NCBI GenBank assembly: GCA_017499595.2 | Contig: JAFIQS020000016.1 | Coordinates: 124,001-171,784, forward strand | Source of the DNA: Psilocybe cubensis | Lineage: Eukaryota | DNA: 47,784 nucleotides | Direction: 5' to 3' | In this document: one piece after another, positions 20,960 through 33,437 of the stretch | Layout of the letters: each line of letters opens with the position of its first letter | Position numbering within the stretch: position 1 is the stretch's first letter | Notes under the pieces: generated by a model | Seen by the model: the letters and a program-made list of their open reading frames with translations, nothing else | The model's database searches: none | Told to the model about the DNA's origin: nothing | Position numbers and translations under genes: made by a program

Positions 20960-22070
20960 GGGCACTGGAAAATGTCAGTGCAATGTCAGTGCGGTCAGTG
21001 CATGTCAGTGCATACCACAGCAATGTCAGTGCAAACTGCAGTGATGTCAGTGCAATGTCAGTGCATGTTTCCAATCATCTATAAATCGGTCAGGGTGTGT
21101 CAGTGCATCCTGGGTTATGTTAGTGTATTGGTTAGTTCATCGTGTGGTGGCAAAGTTTGTACTTGTTAAATTGAAAGTTGTGGGCCATGAGAAAGTTAAC
21201 TTAGGGAGAATTAAAACATACAGTCACGGAATTTCTGGGCCAGACATGGCTAAATAACAAGATATAGAAGTAGACATATATTTTCTACATTTTCAAGTTA
21301 CAATCTGGTGTACTAAATCAAGCATAGATGTTGGAAAATGAATGAATTATGCTGGAATCATTAGATAGGCGCCTCAGAGTATCCCTCTGTATAATTGATC
21401 CAACATGCTTGTTTGACAATGATTTGGGATCATCCTTGGCTGCAGGCGCAACAATGCTTTGAAATATTGGCCTTGGCTTGGAGTGCGGTTTTTTAGTAGG
21501 GAGGACGTCCCTATGACACAGCTAAAAGGGAAAGGGAACTAAAAAGTCCCATTGGAGCACCCTAGTTGAGCGGGTCTTTGGGACAGCTGATGGACCGGAC
21601 GTAATTCATACAGTCTACCTACCTACCATTGTGTTCTTTGTTTGAAATAAAAGATAACATGATTATAAGGTAGAAACAATGTCAGTGCATCGTCAGTGCA
21701 CCATTACTGAAGGTCAGTGTATGTCAGTGCATGTGAGTGCACCGTCAGTGCATGTAAGTGCACCGTCAGTGCAAGTCAGTGCACAGTCAGTGCAGATGCT
21801 TGGCGGTCAGTGCATGTGTCAGTGCATCAACTCTTAGCAGTCAGTGTAAAGATAATTCTAGGAGGATAGTAGATTTCTAGACACTTATAATCCATTCAAA
21901 ATCCATCTAAGTAATCCTAAAATAAACATAGTTTTATTGTATAGAAGTACAGACTTCAATTTTTTCACAAATCCTAAGTGATGTCAGTGCATGTCAGTGC
22001 ATAGACATTATATTGTCAGTGCATGTAAGTGCACGTTGGCACTGACATGCACTGACATTTCTTGTTGCCC
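20960..22070. mobile_element. Non-autonomous TIR DNA transposon (1111 bp, 9-bp TSD, Mutator-like signature)
   Basis: TSD GTATATCGC at 20951-20959 and 22071-22079. Imperfect TIRs GGGCACTGGAAAATGTCAGTGC and (reverse complement) GGGCAACAAGAAATGTCAGTGC. Many internal GTCAGTGCA repeats and no transposase. Confidence 0.85.
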
Positions 22071-23490
22071 GTATATCGCGCTCCATTTGGCGAAGAACAT
22101 GCTTACTGATCTGCAATCATACTCGGTACGTTTCCTTTTTAAAAATTTCACTTTTACTCACTCAATTACCTCCCTGTCTGAGAATATTCGAAGAGCGTTG
22201 AGGACTCCGCCGCGCGACGCTCGATATCGCCGACTGCGACACGCACGCACACCCAAATATCACCTTTCTCCATCCAGACTCTCGCTGCGCTTCTCAACAG
22301 GACCCGCCACAATTTTTACTTCAAAACCCATACGCATCCCAGAGCACATCATTGTCATAATATAGCTGAACAAGGCGCATATATGCGCTGATATCGAGAG
22401 TCCTGAGTTTCAGACGCCCATCTCTCTCTCTCTCCTCACATCTGCAAATACAATGTCATTTGACTGGCGCGGGTCCGACCACGTTCCGGCGGCGATACGT
22501 GGTGTCTAATGTACCATAGCACCCCAACTACCCAGGGAAGTTTCAGCAGACGACGCCGAGTACTCAAACATCTCATTCCCTGTGAAAATTTCTCAATGAA
22601 TTACATCGTGCCCATGGAAGGCATAGGCAATCGTCCACGTGTGCAGAGATTGCCGTGGGTTGTCCGACCGGGAGTCGGTGGGTGAGTGGGTACGGGTGAT
22701 TCAATGGCGTCGAATGTGCTGACATTGTTGCTGAATCATTACTCCCTCTTGTACGATGTTGGTGAGGGTCATATCCTTTGTGGTTCACCTTGGCGCACTG
22801 AAAAATAATATTTGAATGTGAGCATACATCGGATTCTATTTCTTGTTCCGCCTCCCATATGTTCACTGGTCAGCAAATTATTTGCAAGTGAAAAAAACGC
22901 GTCAATGCCGCGACAGATGCAAGCCAATGGAAGAAGGTGCATACCCTGGGTCTGGACATCATATGACTTGTAACTATTCCATCTCGCACCAACCTCTGGA
23001 TGTTCCCTGCTGGTGCTGTAACGAGTGATCTTGGCTGCTGTCGGTTGTGAAACAACAGCCAACATTTTACACAAGCCCACATTATCTTGCAGACGTTGAG
23101 CAGACATGAGGTATGCGTTACTGTTAATTCGTTGATGTTAAAAACATAGTACAAAACGGCCACTTTTGGACATGCCAATATTGACCGCCTTCGGGGCCAT
23201 CGGCACATCATATGTTGTCTTCTGTACATCAAATGCCCTGCACATCAAATGCCAAAAGGCGTGGCATGTGGCCCCATAATATGATGCGACACAGGTTGGT
23301 AGATAACTAGAGCATGTCGCCTGACCCTGTAATCAACCTAGTTTTATGGTGAATACAATGAATGACACAGGCAGTGCAGTGAATGAAACTCTTAAATACA
23401 GCGCGGGAACAATTTCCAGAGAGTTTTCCCTCCCATCATCTCTTTGTCGACTTCAATCTCTCACTATCTAATGTCACCCGTATACCAGCA

Positions 23491-23993
23491 ATGAACACCC
23501 AAAACGGGTTGGTGGCCTCAACAGGAAATTTTTCATTCGAGTTTGCTATGAGTCGAGTTTGCTGCTGAAACCTCGTTTACCATTGTAGGACTTCATGCGT
23601 ACGCCAATGCCCATTTCACGAATCTCCAAAATCCAACGATTGTTGCCGGGGAGAACGTCTACATGGGAGGTGGCGACGTAGTCTACTCCCGCAATCAGGG
23701 TATTTATTGAGATTTGAGAATTTGTACGACGGAGCTGATGATTTTTTGTAGAAATTCATACCATTGTGGAATGGTTAACACCAATAACATCGGATGCAAC
23801 ACATTACGATACCCTTTCGAAGCGCATGCCGGGAACTGGAGAGTGGTTTTTATCTTCCACTCAATTCAAAGATTGGCTATCCGGACAAAGAAGTATCCTG
23901 TTGTTGGATGGAAAGCGTGAGCGATACTTTGCTCCACTGCTTTCTATAGCTAAATTCCTCCTTAATAGCTGGCTCAGGAAAGACTATCATTGC
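23491..23993 (+). pseudogene. 5' part of a fungal NACHT/NLR-type P-loop NTPase gene, interrupted by an insertion
   Basis: Exons give EWLTPITSDATHYDTLSKRMPGTGEWFLSSTQFKDWL...LLLDGK|PGSGKTII (Walker A formed across an intron). The gene stops in the next intron at the CACTG terminus. Start codon approximate. Confidence 0.75.
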
Positions 23994-24027
23994 GTGAGTT
24001 CAGATGAATAAATGCAATATTGATTTC

Positions 24028-24400
24028 CACTGCGGGCGCCGACCGCTGTAAGTTAAACATACAGCAGAAAACTTACATGTCTTATGTAAGTTTCGCTGTA
24101 AGTTCGACATACAGCACACGTGTATGAAAAACAAACAGTCGGCAAAGACATATTGTGTTTGGTGGCTGTATGCCGACCAAACACAATTGCTGTAAGTAGA
24201 CTGTAAATAGAATAAACACCGAGATTACACAATTTCTTTTTGTCCGGTGTTAGTATAATATACACAATTGCTGTAAGTCATACAAACAGCACTTGTGTAA
24301 GTAAAACATACACACAAAGAAAACAAATTGTGTATGTCATACTTACACAATTCCTGTAAGTAAGTGCTGTAAGTTAAACATACACCTGAACTTACAGTAA
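24028..24400 (+). mobile_element. Putative CACTA-superfamily left terminus (CACTG) with subterminal repeats
   Basis: CACTGCGGGCGCCGACC followed by repeated GCTGTAAGT...CATACAGC/CTTACA motifs in both orientations. Begins abruptly within the NACHT intron. Confidence 0.65.
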
Positions 24401-24916
24401 TCGACTCGCTGAGCGAGTCGACAAGCGCGCGAAGAATTCGCATTTTTGGCGCGATGTCGACTCGCAGACGATGATAACACGATGGCATGCGTCGTTCTGG
24501 CGACTCGCTGCCCTTTGAAAAATCTCGCAGTCGTCAATGTGTAGTGCGCGATTCATTAATAAATATGATATATTTTCAGCGTTTTGCGCAATTCTATTTA
24601 TTACACTCGTTGGGTACTTAATATAGCTGGCGCCCTACCTGGCGCGCCTACACCCGACTCACCTGCAGACATTGAAAATTCTGAATCTTTGGCCTTCCCT
24701 AGTGTGAGTCTGCAGTGAGTACTTTAATCTGTTCGTTTGCCATCGTTTGTCACCACCATCTATAAATTGATCCCACTTACACAACTTTCCCGCAGCCTTT
24801 CTTATCACCAACCACAACCACAACCACTCACTCCCTCGCTCACTCGCTCTTACCGACTACCACCCACATCGATCTCCACACCCACCCGCTTATTCGTTAA
24901 CCGCGAATCTCTTACC

Positions 24917-25478
24917 ATGGCTGCACTCATCTCTCAAGTCGTTTCGGCCATCGTAGGCTTCAAGTATGGGTTGAAGCACAGCATCGCGTCGGGATGTTGG
25001 ATAACGGAGCGCGTATCCGCGTATGTGGGGTCGGTTTGTGGGGAGGTCTTTCGTTATATCGAAGAGCGTAGCGATACCCCGGTGATGGTCAGAGGTCGCA
25101 ATCGTACGCATCGTTGAATTTTTTTTTTTTTTGAATCTGCTCATCCCAGTTTCGTTAGGCGCTCAAATCACGGATGTCGAAGCCCAGAATTTACGCACCA
25201 CCGACGCTGACTGCAACGCCGACTTCGAGGAAATCGAGGACCTCCTTCGGATTCGTCAAGAAATAATGGATCTTCATACCCTTCTCGACAACAAACGCGC
25301 ACTCACCCGGCCTATGACGCCCGAAGCGCACAATATCAACATCGACCGATTCGCTCTCGACCATAGGCACCGGCTGAACGACATCGCTATCGAGGCGCAG
25401 ATTCGCGCCAAGTATCCGTCGAGGAACGAGTATCTCGCAATCTGCAAGAAATACGAGGTTTCCCCCTTCCGCACCTAG
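24917..25478 (+). CDS. Small hypothetical two-exon gene
   Basis: ATG at 24917 (MAALISQVVSAIVG...), an intron near 25087-25158, then exon ...DFEEIEDLLRIRQEIMDLH...SPFRT*. No family recognised. Confidence 0.4.
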
Positions 25479-25759
25479 CAGGCGTTCTCAGCGTCATTCC
25501 AGCGTCTTTATAACTTCTTGGGGGACTCACCCACTACCCTACTCCCCGTCAGCTTTTCTAATTGTTTTCTTGTTGTCTTGCTTTCGATTTTCGGTCTGCT
25601 GTATATACGCAATCAATTTCATACCCCACAATGTACCTAATACGTAGTCTACTGTTTCATATTGTACATGCTATACTGTCGTAAATTCAATGATTTTCAA
25701 GCCATTACAGAACTGATACAGTTCACAATGTACTTCTTGCACCATCTAACGTCGCTTGC

Positions 25760-27900
25760 AGGCCCAACTGGCTACGGCAGCGCGGACAAATTCTCCTGGG
25801 GCTACAACCGAGTACGTCGACATGGCGCGCGAGGGTATCGTTGACCCGTTGAAAGTTGTACCTGAGGTTCCGCGGCTGGAGCCTCGACGATAGGAGCCTG
25901 GTAATCCGCTTTGAAGGGTTGTAATTCAACTGCAACTGGAACATCAGAAACTAGAACCTGGGACAGGTTTTCAGGTTGAGAAGCACCCGAAACTTCGGCG
26001 ACTGGGGTTGTCCATAACCCGTGGTTCTTCCTCAATGCTCTCCTGCGCGGCGTCAACATCAACTGAGGGAGTTTCGGTAATCGAAGTTGGTGCCTCGGTA
26101 AGATCTGCTGCCAGAACAGGCGCAGATTTTTCGACATTCGAAGTTGAGACTTCGTCGGCGACGGCGGCGGTTTTCGTTGTTGTAGACGGTATGTCGTCAA
26201 CAGCGGCGGGCGATTTGACTCAACCAAAACCTCTGCAACCTCGGCAGGAGCTGCGACGAGAGGTTCTTTGGCCGCAGTAGCAAGCGGCGGCACAGACTCA
26301 ACGACTGGCTCTTGAGCTTCCGCGACGATTGCACTTGCACGCTCTTCAGAGACTTGTTTGAGCACTGGATCTTTGCTTCTGTTTCCACGCTTGTGACGAC
26401 TGGTGGTTCGGGCTCAACGACAGCGGGTTCATCTCGAGCTTCGGGCGTCTACAGCAGGAGCAATAGCTTCAGCTGTTGGAGCTTTGGGTTCCGGTGCAGA
26501 TTCGTCCACTTCAGCAACAAACGACGCCGACGGAGCTTCAGGTACTGCGACTTGAGATTCCGAGACTGAAGCTTCAACAGGAGCTGCGTCATCGTCAGTC
26601 GATGCATCCTATGTAACCACTGCTTCGACAACGGGGGCACGAGGTTCGATAGAAGTTATTTATGGTTCCACAGCGGTTTCCTGGGCCTCGACAACTGAGG
26701 GCGCATCCGTTGAAGGCTGCGGTTCGGAGACGGGTGCTTGGACTTGGATCTCTTCAACTGCAGCTTCACGTTCAGCTTCAACGGGTGCATCAAGAACAGG
26801 GGCCTCGACTTCCGTTGCAAAACTTCGGGTTCAGAGATAACAAGAGCCTCAGTGACAGGAGGAGAGACTTCTGCAGCTGGTGCTACGGATTCTGCAACAA
26901 CAGCAGCAGGAGTCTCGCTGACGGTGGCAGGCTCCTCAACAGCTGGCGCTGGTGCCTCTGCCTGAATTTCGACAGCTGGCTCTGGAATCTTAGCGGCAGG
27001 GGCAGCAGCAGCAGCTCCAGCGATTGCGTCTGTAATTGCGGCTCCAGTCACAATAGCAGCCGTCTCGAGGTCTGGCGTGTCGGATGTATCAGCAAGCTGC
27101 TTCACGGCCTCGACAGGTTTCTCGATAGGCATCTGCGCCTTCTCCGCCTTGGATGACTTGGACTTGGACGGCGCCGCCTTCAGCTGCACAACCTCCTGCT
27201 TAGCCTGCTCGGCGGGCTCCTCGATAATCTCTCCCATCTCGCCAACATTCAGCGCTCTTTCCTTCTTCTTGCCCTTCTGCGACGACTGCGACGAGCTCGA
27301 TGCAGTGCGCGACATACTCCAGAAGCTGAAGCGGTTCCTGCCCGACGTCGAGAGCGCAGGGGAGACCGGGCGCGCCGATTCCGGACGAGGGACAGCTGAC
27401 AGCGATGGTGGTGGCGCGGGCCGCACAGTGAACGCCTGCTCGAGAACAAGCCATTTGAGCGTCTTCTGCTTGCCGCCCTCTTGAACGGGGCCGTACAGAA
27501 GTTGAGGAACAACTGTGGATTTAAACTTGCAGATGATAAAGGTCGGCCATGTCGCTGTGATAGGATCGAGCAGCGAGTCGCTCCAGAAATCGATGAACGC
27601 TTCGTCAAGCTCGATGACTTCGAGCTTGGTAGCGCGGACAATGGCAGTCGTCTCCTTCTTGACAGGGTCTGCAAGCCGCGGGGGTGAGACGGGTGGTACA
27701 GGTTCAGCCGAAAAGTCGACGGTCTTCCTCGAAACGGCTTTGCTGCGCTTGCTCGACTTCCTCGAAAGCGTCGTGGTGACTGGAGTAGTCTTCTCCATAT
27801 CCGTGTCGAATAGCGTCGACACGAGCGGGGCCATTGCAGGCGTTGAGTCGAGGAAACCTGAGGCTGAGAACTGCACCCAGTCGCTGCCAATAGCAGAAGT
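25760..27900 (-). pseudogene. C-terminal fragment of a Msb1/Mug8-like protein gene with Ala/Glu/Pro-rich tail, frameshifted
   Basis: IELDEAFIDFWSDSLLDPITATWPTFIICK...KWLVLEQ resembles the basidiomycete Msb1/Mug8-domain protein C-terminal region. The low-complexity tail is broken across several frames. Confidence 0.5.
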
Positions 27901-27990
27901 GGCTGGGGGCTCCGTGGTGGACTTGGTACGGTGTCGTCACGTGCATGCACCAATTTATCTAATCTTATCTTCGGTATCTTGGTAAGTAGT

Positions 27991-28052
27991 ACCCCTAAGT
28001 CGAACTTGAAGTGCTTCGACAACCCCTAAGTCGAACTTGAAGTGCTTCGACA
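27991..28052. repeat. 31-bp tandem duplication
   Basis: acccctaagtcgaacttgaagtgcttcgaca x2. Confidence 0.9.
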
Positions 28053-28230
28053 ACTTCAGAAGCCACTCGACAATCGGGTCCAAATAGGGCAGGGGCATAT
28101 CGCGCTCGACGCCTTTGCAGAAATTGATGAGCGCCGATGCTGTGTGAGCGTGAACCCGCGGCTCAGGGTCTTCGAGGGCGGGGATGAAGACGGAAAATAA
28201 TTGTCGGTGGAAGCAGTGTTGGATGATTTC
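28053..28230 (-). pseudogene. PSE1: Internal fragment of importin beta-3 (Pse1/Kap121)
   Basis: IPALEDPEPRVHAHTASALINFCKGVERDMPLPYLDPIVEWLLKL matches the importin-5 motif RVxAHAAAALVNF...LxPYLD. Confidence 0.7.
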
Positions 28231-29139
28231 CTGTCCCGCGGGAGACACCGAATGTGAGAGTCTTGAGCGAGTTTATGATGGTTGCAGCGTCGTCGTCGTC
28301 GTCGTCCGTTTCGGACTCCATTTTACGCCGCCCGCTTCGCATTCAGAGCAAACAGGTCCACCACCCTCGGCGCAGACGAGTACATCATCGGGTCCCGGTA
28401 CATACGCTTCATCACCGTGGATAGCGATAGCACCGTCGGTGCCGGTGGGAGCTCCTCCGAGTCTGGCCTCGATCTATACGCATATGTCAGCGCTGCAAAA
28501 CTAACACACACAAAAAAAACGCGCCTGTTCAAGGAGAAACGACTTTCCAGACTATGCGCCGCATAAGGAGACAAAGAGTTGAAATTCCTCAGCGCACCAT
28601 TACCGAAGGAGAGGTCAGGCGAGATGGGAGACACCGAGCGCGCGGTGAACTGCGTGCTTCCGGCACTCTACGAGTCGCGTGCGTCGCGTCGTAGGAAGCT
28701 ATGTACGATGGAAACCAGATGGTGAGTGACCCATCGGGTTGCACATCCCACCAAACATTCACAATATCTACAGACAATATGCTGGCTCTCTTGCCTCCTT
28801 CTATGCATCCTGCGGCACCGTAAGCTGTGACGCCCGTCTCACACCCTCAGGATGTTATGCACAACACCAAAACAGTCAGCGGATCGACGGCGGAGGCAGG
28901 GGTATACGGGGGGCACAGTTATTGTGTATAGGCGGGCAGTTGCAGACCTGCGCGATGGAGTGTACGAGGCGCAGTCAGCGTGCACAGGAAGTCATCCAGA
29001 CACGAACGATGCGCAGGGAGTGTCCGGTGACTGTTATATCACGATATACGGAACATACGAACCACCCTCAACAGGCACACCTAACAGCTAAAATTTCTTT
29101 ATCAATAAAACGCGCATACAATCATTCCAAACACTCACA

Positions 29140-30200
29140 TTTCCTCTCCTGCCCAGCCGCCATCGTCTTTAACTTGGCATTATCCTGCTCCAGCGTGTCA
29201 AAGTCCGCCTGTAACTGCTCCATCGCCATCGCCTCCTCATACGCTAGCTCCTGCTTCCTCGACTGGCCAATTGTCCGCCTGCTTCTTCACCGCTCCAGCC
29301 ACCGCTCCATCAGCTCGATCTTTACTGTCGACTACTGGATCATTTGGTCTTTCGTACGTATTGTCCGCGCGAGACCTTGTATCTCGTCGCTGAACGACGA
29401 CACCGTCCATTTAGCTTCGACATTAACAGTCAAAACCGTCTGTCCAAGTTGTGGTCAAACGCGGTCACATATACCAACTTGCGCGCAAGGTCAGTATCGA
29501 ATCCATCAAAGTACGTCTCTGCAAGCTGATCAGATTGCGCTTCTATCCTAAATAAAGAAATGAAATTCAATGATCAGTAATGAGGTTCATATGGTGATGA
29601 CATCTTAAACATACTTGACGATGTCATTAACACACTCCATATCCCTAAACTCACCGCGCCTTAACAAGTCAATGTGCATATCGATGCGTTTCTCCGGGGG
29701 ATCAATTTCAGGGTACAATCTTCCGATATTCAAGAACCTCTCGACGTCGCACCGGCGAACCACCGCAGGGAAGCACTTGCACAGCGTCGACAGTCTTGAT
29801 ATTCTACCTCTCATCTATCAAAAAAGAAAGTGCGAGTGCAAAGGCGAAGCCAACAAGTCATAAATGAGCAATGGTGTTAATGATATCGAACAGGAAAGAC
29901 CACGCACCTCGCATACACCGACGATGGTGTCTGTGAAATCCCCCTTGAGCGTTGCGAGGGAGGTTGTGGATGTGCGCCACGACGTGGTTGTTGAGATCAG
30001 CCTTGTACCCCATACGCCGGAAGAAGAGGTAGCAGCTCGTCGCGTGGCTTGGACGTGTATTGTAGTAGGTAGGGCTACCTGACGTGGTTGTTGAGATCAA
30101 CCTTGTACCCCATACGCCGGAAGAAGAGGTAGCAGCTCGTCGCGTGGCTTGGACGTGTATTGTAGTAGGTAGGGCTACCTGACTTCTTCATTCTTCTACT
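29140..30200 (-). pseudogene. NIP100: Degraded, intron-containing fragments of dynactin p150 (Glued/Nip100/Ro-3)
   Basis: SCYLFFRRMGYKADL, TIVGVCE|MRGRISRLSTLCK..RRCDVERFLNIGRLYPEI..PEKRIDMHIDLLRR, LAETYFDGFDTDL and KIELMER...KKQAD...EQLQADFDTLEQDNAKLK, with stops, frameshifts and internal deletions. Confidence 0.65.
29981..30183. repeat. 100-bp tandem duplication
   Basis: 29981-30080 versus 30081-30180, with one visible mismatch. Confidence 0.9.
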
Positions 30201-30244
30201 CGCGCGTCTCCTGGGACATCAAGCGTCGAGTATAGTGTTTCAGC

Positions 30245-31900
30245 TCACCGGTGCAGACAGTGTTGGAAATGGCGTTCAGGCAACAGTCCCAATGCGGCTA
30301 CGTAGGATATGTGAAAGTCCCGCTGGATAAGGCCGGATAATACAGATGAGCGCATCAGGGTACAAGTCTCCTGTTCGGCGCACGCTGAGCGTGTTATGAG
30401 CGTGTTCGGATCCAGCCGGCCCGGAAGACCAGGAGCACCCAGCGCGTGGATCGTGCCAGCCCAGATACGAACGAGGCCAGAGAATGGACGTCTGTAGGTC
30501 TTGGGTCCTGTAGAGTTGTCCCTTAGTCTTGTCACAACCCAGTACCGCAGATGAACGTGTGAAGTACGACTTATCTTGAGACCTGAGAGATATGCTAGCA
30601 GAATTCCATAGATGATAGGTCAAACTGGGGACCTTCATGTTCCTCCATGTCATCAGAAGTGTCGATCTTCGTCTCTTCGTCTCGATCTTTTGAACTTATT
30701 TACTTCTTGGAGGATGTTCAGGTAGATTCTTTGTCGGGTACCAATGGTGCGAGGTGTGTGTTACACGGTAATATGGAATTTCAGGGCGCGCGCAGATAGT
30801 GTCGGTGTATAGGTTGAAAACACCAGCGTCGTTGGCTTCTGTCATGAACCCAGGAAGAATTAGTACATTGGAATCGCCATCAAGAAAAGGTCAATACTCG
30901 TAATGAGGCAGCATCGTTATTTCGTCGTTATGTTCGTACGACTTTTGTATGGCCACAACACGAACGAAGCTGGCCTCAATGATAAATCGCTTGAATTCTG
31001 ATTGGAGAGAAGGACTTGACCATGCTATGCCAGTGTTGAAGTGTTCTGTACACCCACCTTATCACTCCCAGAACCATCGCGAGCTGTCGAGTCGACGATG
31101 TGTTCCGTAACACACTCATCCCGTGTCCATCCCGTCAATGGTTGTCTTAAGGTAGTTCGAGGCGGCTTCGAACACGACCTCGCCCTTCGACCGCAGATTC
31201 ACCTGCCCATGGGACTGGGCTGTGGGTAGCAATATCCGGAAACTGTGTTACTAGGTGTTAATTGATGTGTAGTGATCAGAACAAAAATTATTTGCTTACA
31301 CTCGTGAAAGGGACGGATGAAACAGTACGCTGCTCGCCTGCTGAAGAAGTAGAGCTGCTCCAGCTGTCTGAGCTGTTCCTGGTGGTAGATGGGAGGGAAA
31401 AGAGGAGCTGCTCCGGGGTGCATGGGAGGAGCAATTTCAATCCTCGCCTCCTCGTGCATGATTCGCGACACGTCGACGTCATCCATGTTCTTCTCCCCAG
31501 AGAGTTCCTACCACAATTGTAAACCTTTGGCGGTCGAAGAGTCGACATGCTGGACAACACATCGAGCCACTAACATTCTAATAAGCCTGAGAGTGAAATG
31601 CTTCCAAAGACAAATTGCTTACCAAAGTGGCCTAGTGCTACTCAGCTTGCAGAGGTTGAGATACAGGGAGACAGGGTCGGCTGTCGAAACACGAAACACA
31701 GGCCAGCAGTCTCTGAGAGACTGCTGGCCTGTCATCCCCAACTTTTGCTTCGGGGTGTCGTAGCTGGGTTATCGTAGCTATAGGTTAAAACGGAAAATGC
31801 TTCTGCTTGGAAAATTACACTCACTTGACTTTCGTGCAGTAGTACTCTTCATGTTTTCCAACTCCAAAGCGTATGCTACACGCTGACAATACAAGGGAGC
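30245..31900 (-). CDS. Multi-exon hypothetical gene or pseudogene (boundaries approximate)
   Basis: Exon-like ORF 31199..31486 (MDDVDVSRIMHEEARIEIAPP...) with flanking GT/AG sites. No family recognised. Confidence 0.3.
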
Positions 31901-32099
31901 GCTCTACTTCATATACTCATTTGTTGGACATTAACTACATTCTAAAAGGTTCAAATGTCCTATAATACTGCGCAAGGTGTGTTGTATTAATCATTCTACA
32001 CTACGTATCGTACTTCATCCTAGGTGATACCATCGTGCCTGAGTGTGGGTTCATGCTAAGAGCGGAAAGTTGTCACAGTCACTTCAGTGCACTTGATAA

Positions 32100-33137
32100 G
32101 TGACAAGGATTTTCATGCCGTCGGTTTTTCAATACGGCATAGTGTCTTTCCGGTGTGTTTTTGCTGCCGTCTTTGATCCATATTTGCACGCTCTTTCTCG
32201 GCTTGAGCGGCATGAAAATCGTCCCTTCTATGATCATCGCGCGCTCATCGTTTCAATATGCTCTTGCAGGTATAAACAATGAAACCGACTTGGGAATGAA
32301 TCTCAAGTATTTGCGTACTAGTATGTTTTGCATAGGAAATGGCATTAAAACTTAAAATCACTGGCGTTAACATGAATTATACGAAAAAAAAATTATCGAG
32401 GTTCTAAGAATCGAGATAAAGAGAACCAAAAGAACAAGAAGGAGAGATATTAAAAGAGACCATGAGTGGAGGATGGGCGTGAAGATGAACGAATAACAGA
32501 ACGATGCTTCTGCTACACTGGATCGAGTAAACGTTCTGCACATTCTGCACTACAAAGGCACAGTAGTCAGAATAAATCAGTGAATAATTAGTTATGAAAT
32601 ACGAACCCGCTGGACTCTTGCCTAGCGATTTAATTCAATTTCAAGGTAATGTGAGCCCGAGGTCTGGGGAGAAGGGCTGTTCGGGTCGACGCCGGTAAAG
32701 AGATATATAATTCGGCCGCTGACAGATCGGTGAACAAAGATATATCGATAGGGGTTTCGAACTCCATGAACCCTCTATAAGCTAGGATTCAGAGATGATA
32801 ATACACATTTAATCAACGTACGCACCCCCATGATATTCAGCTCATTCTGCGACCAGATAACAGTGTCCCGTGCCTCTAAAATATTCCTTGTTGCCGGCTG
32901 AACAGCAATACGGAGGTGGATGTGGAAGGTAGGGATAGATAGGTGCCTCGAGATTGTGGATCGACGTTGGACATGTTGTGCAGAACGCAAGGTTGGAGAG
33001 GAATCCGGTGAATAGTCGAACCATTTATGATATTCCTCGTGAACAAGTTGAACCAAGAATAAAGTAACGAGGACAGATATCAAAAAGATAAAAGTGTCGT
33101 ATAGCTTGACTATGAGAAATAGCATGGGAGAAAGCAT
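32100..33137 (-). CDS. Hypothetical multi-exon membrane protein (3' end approximate)
   Basis: ATG at 33137, hydrophobic N-terminal segment FIFLISVLVTLFLVQLV, a GTGCGT donor near 32826 and further hydrophobic exons. Confidence 0.35.
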
Positions 33138-33437
33138 GGTGGTAGGGGTGGAATGAGTTGGAGGTTGACTTCGCGTTGGTCCTTTTAAGCGTCTTTGAGG
33201 CTTTTAACATAAAGAACAAAGGCCTAAATAACACGATTCATTAGAAACAAAGAGGTAAACGATTCGGGCCGTTTAAGCGGGTCAGTACCCCACGGAACTG
33301 GCCGTTACTCAAATGCGAGTCTGACGCGCCTCCTACGCGACCAGTGAGTGAATTAAAGCGAGCTGTTGCAGTGTAAGTTATGGGTAGATCTGATCTCACG
33401 TAAAGGTCGTAAAATCGTAATCGTACATACAAATCTA

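Noticed and set aside
28739-29551. 270-aa plus-strand ORF
   Set aside because: Antisense shadow of the minus-strand dynactin and other fragments.
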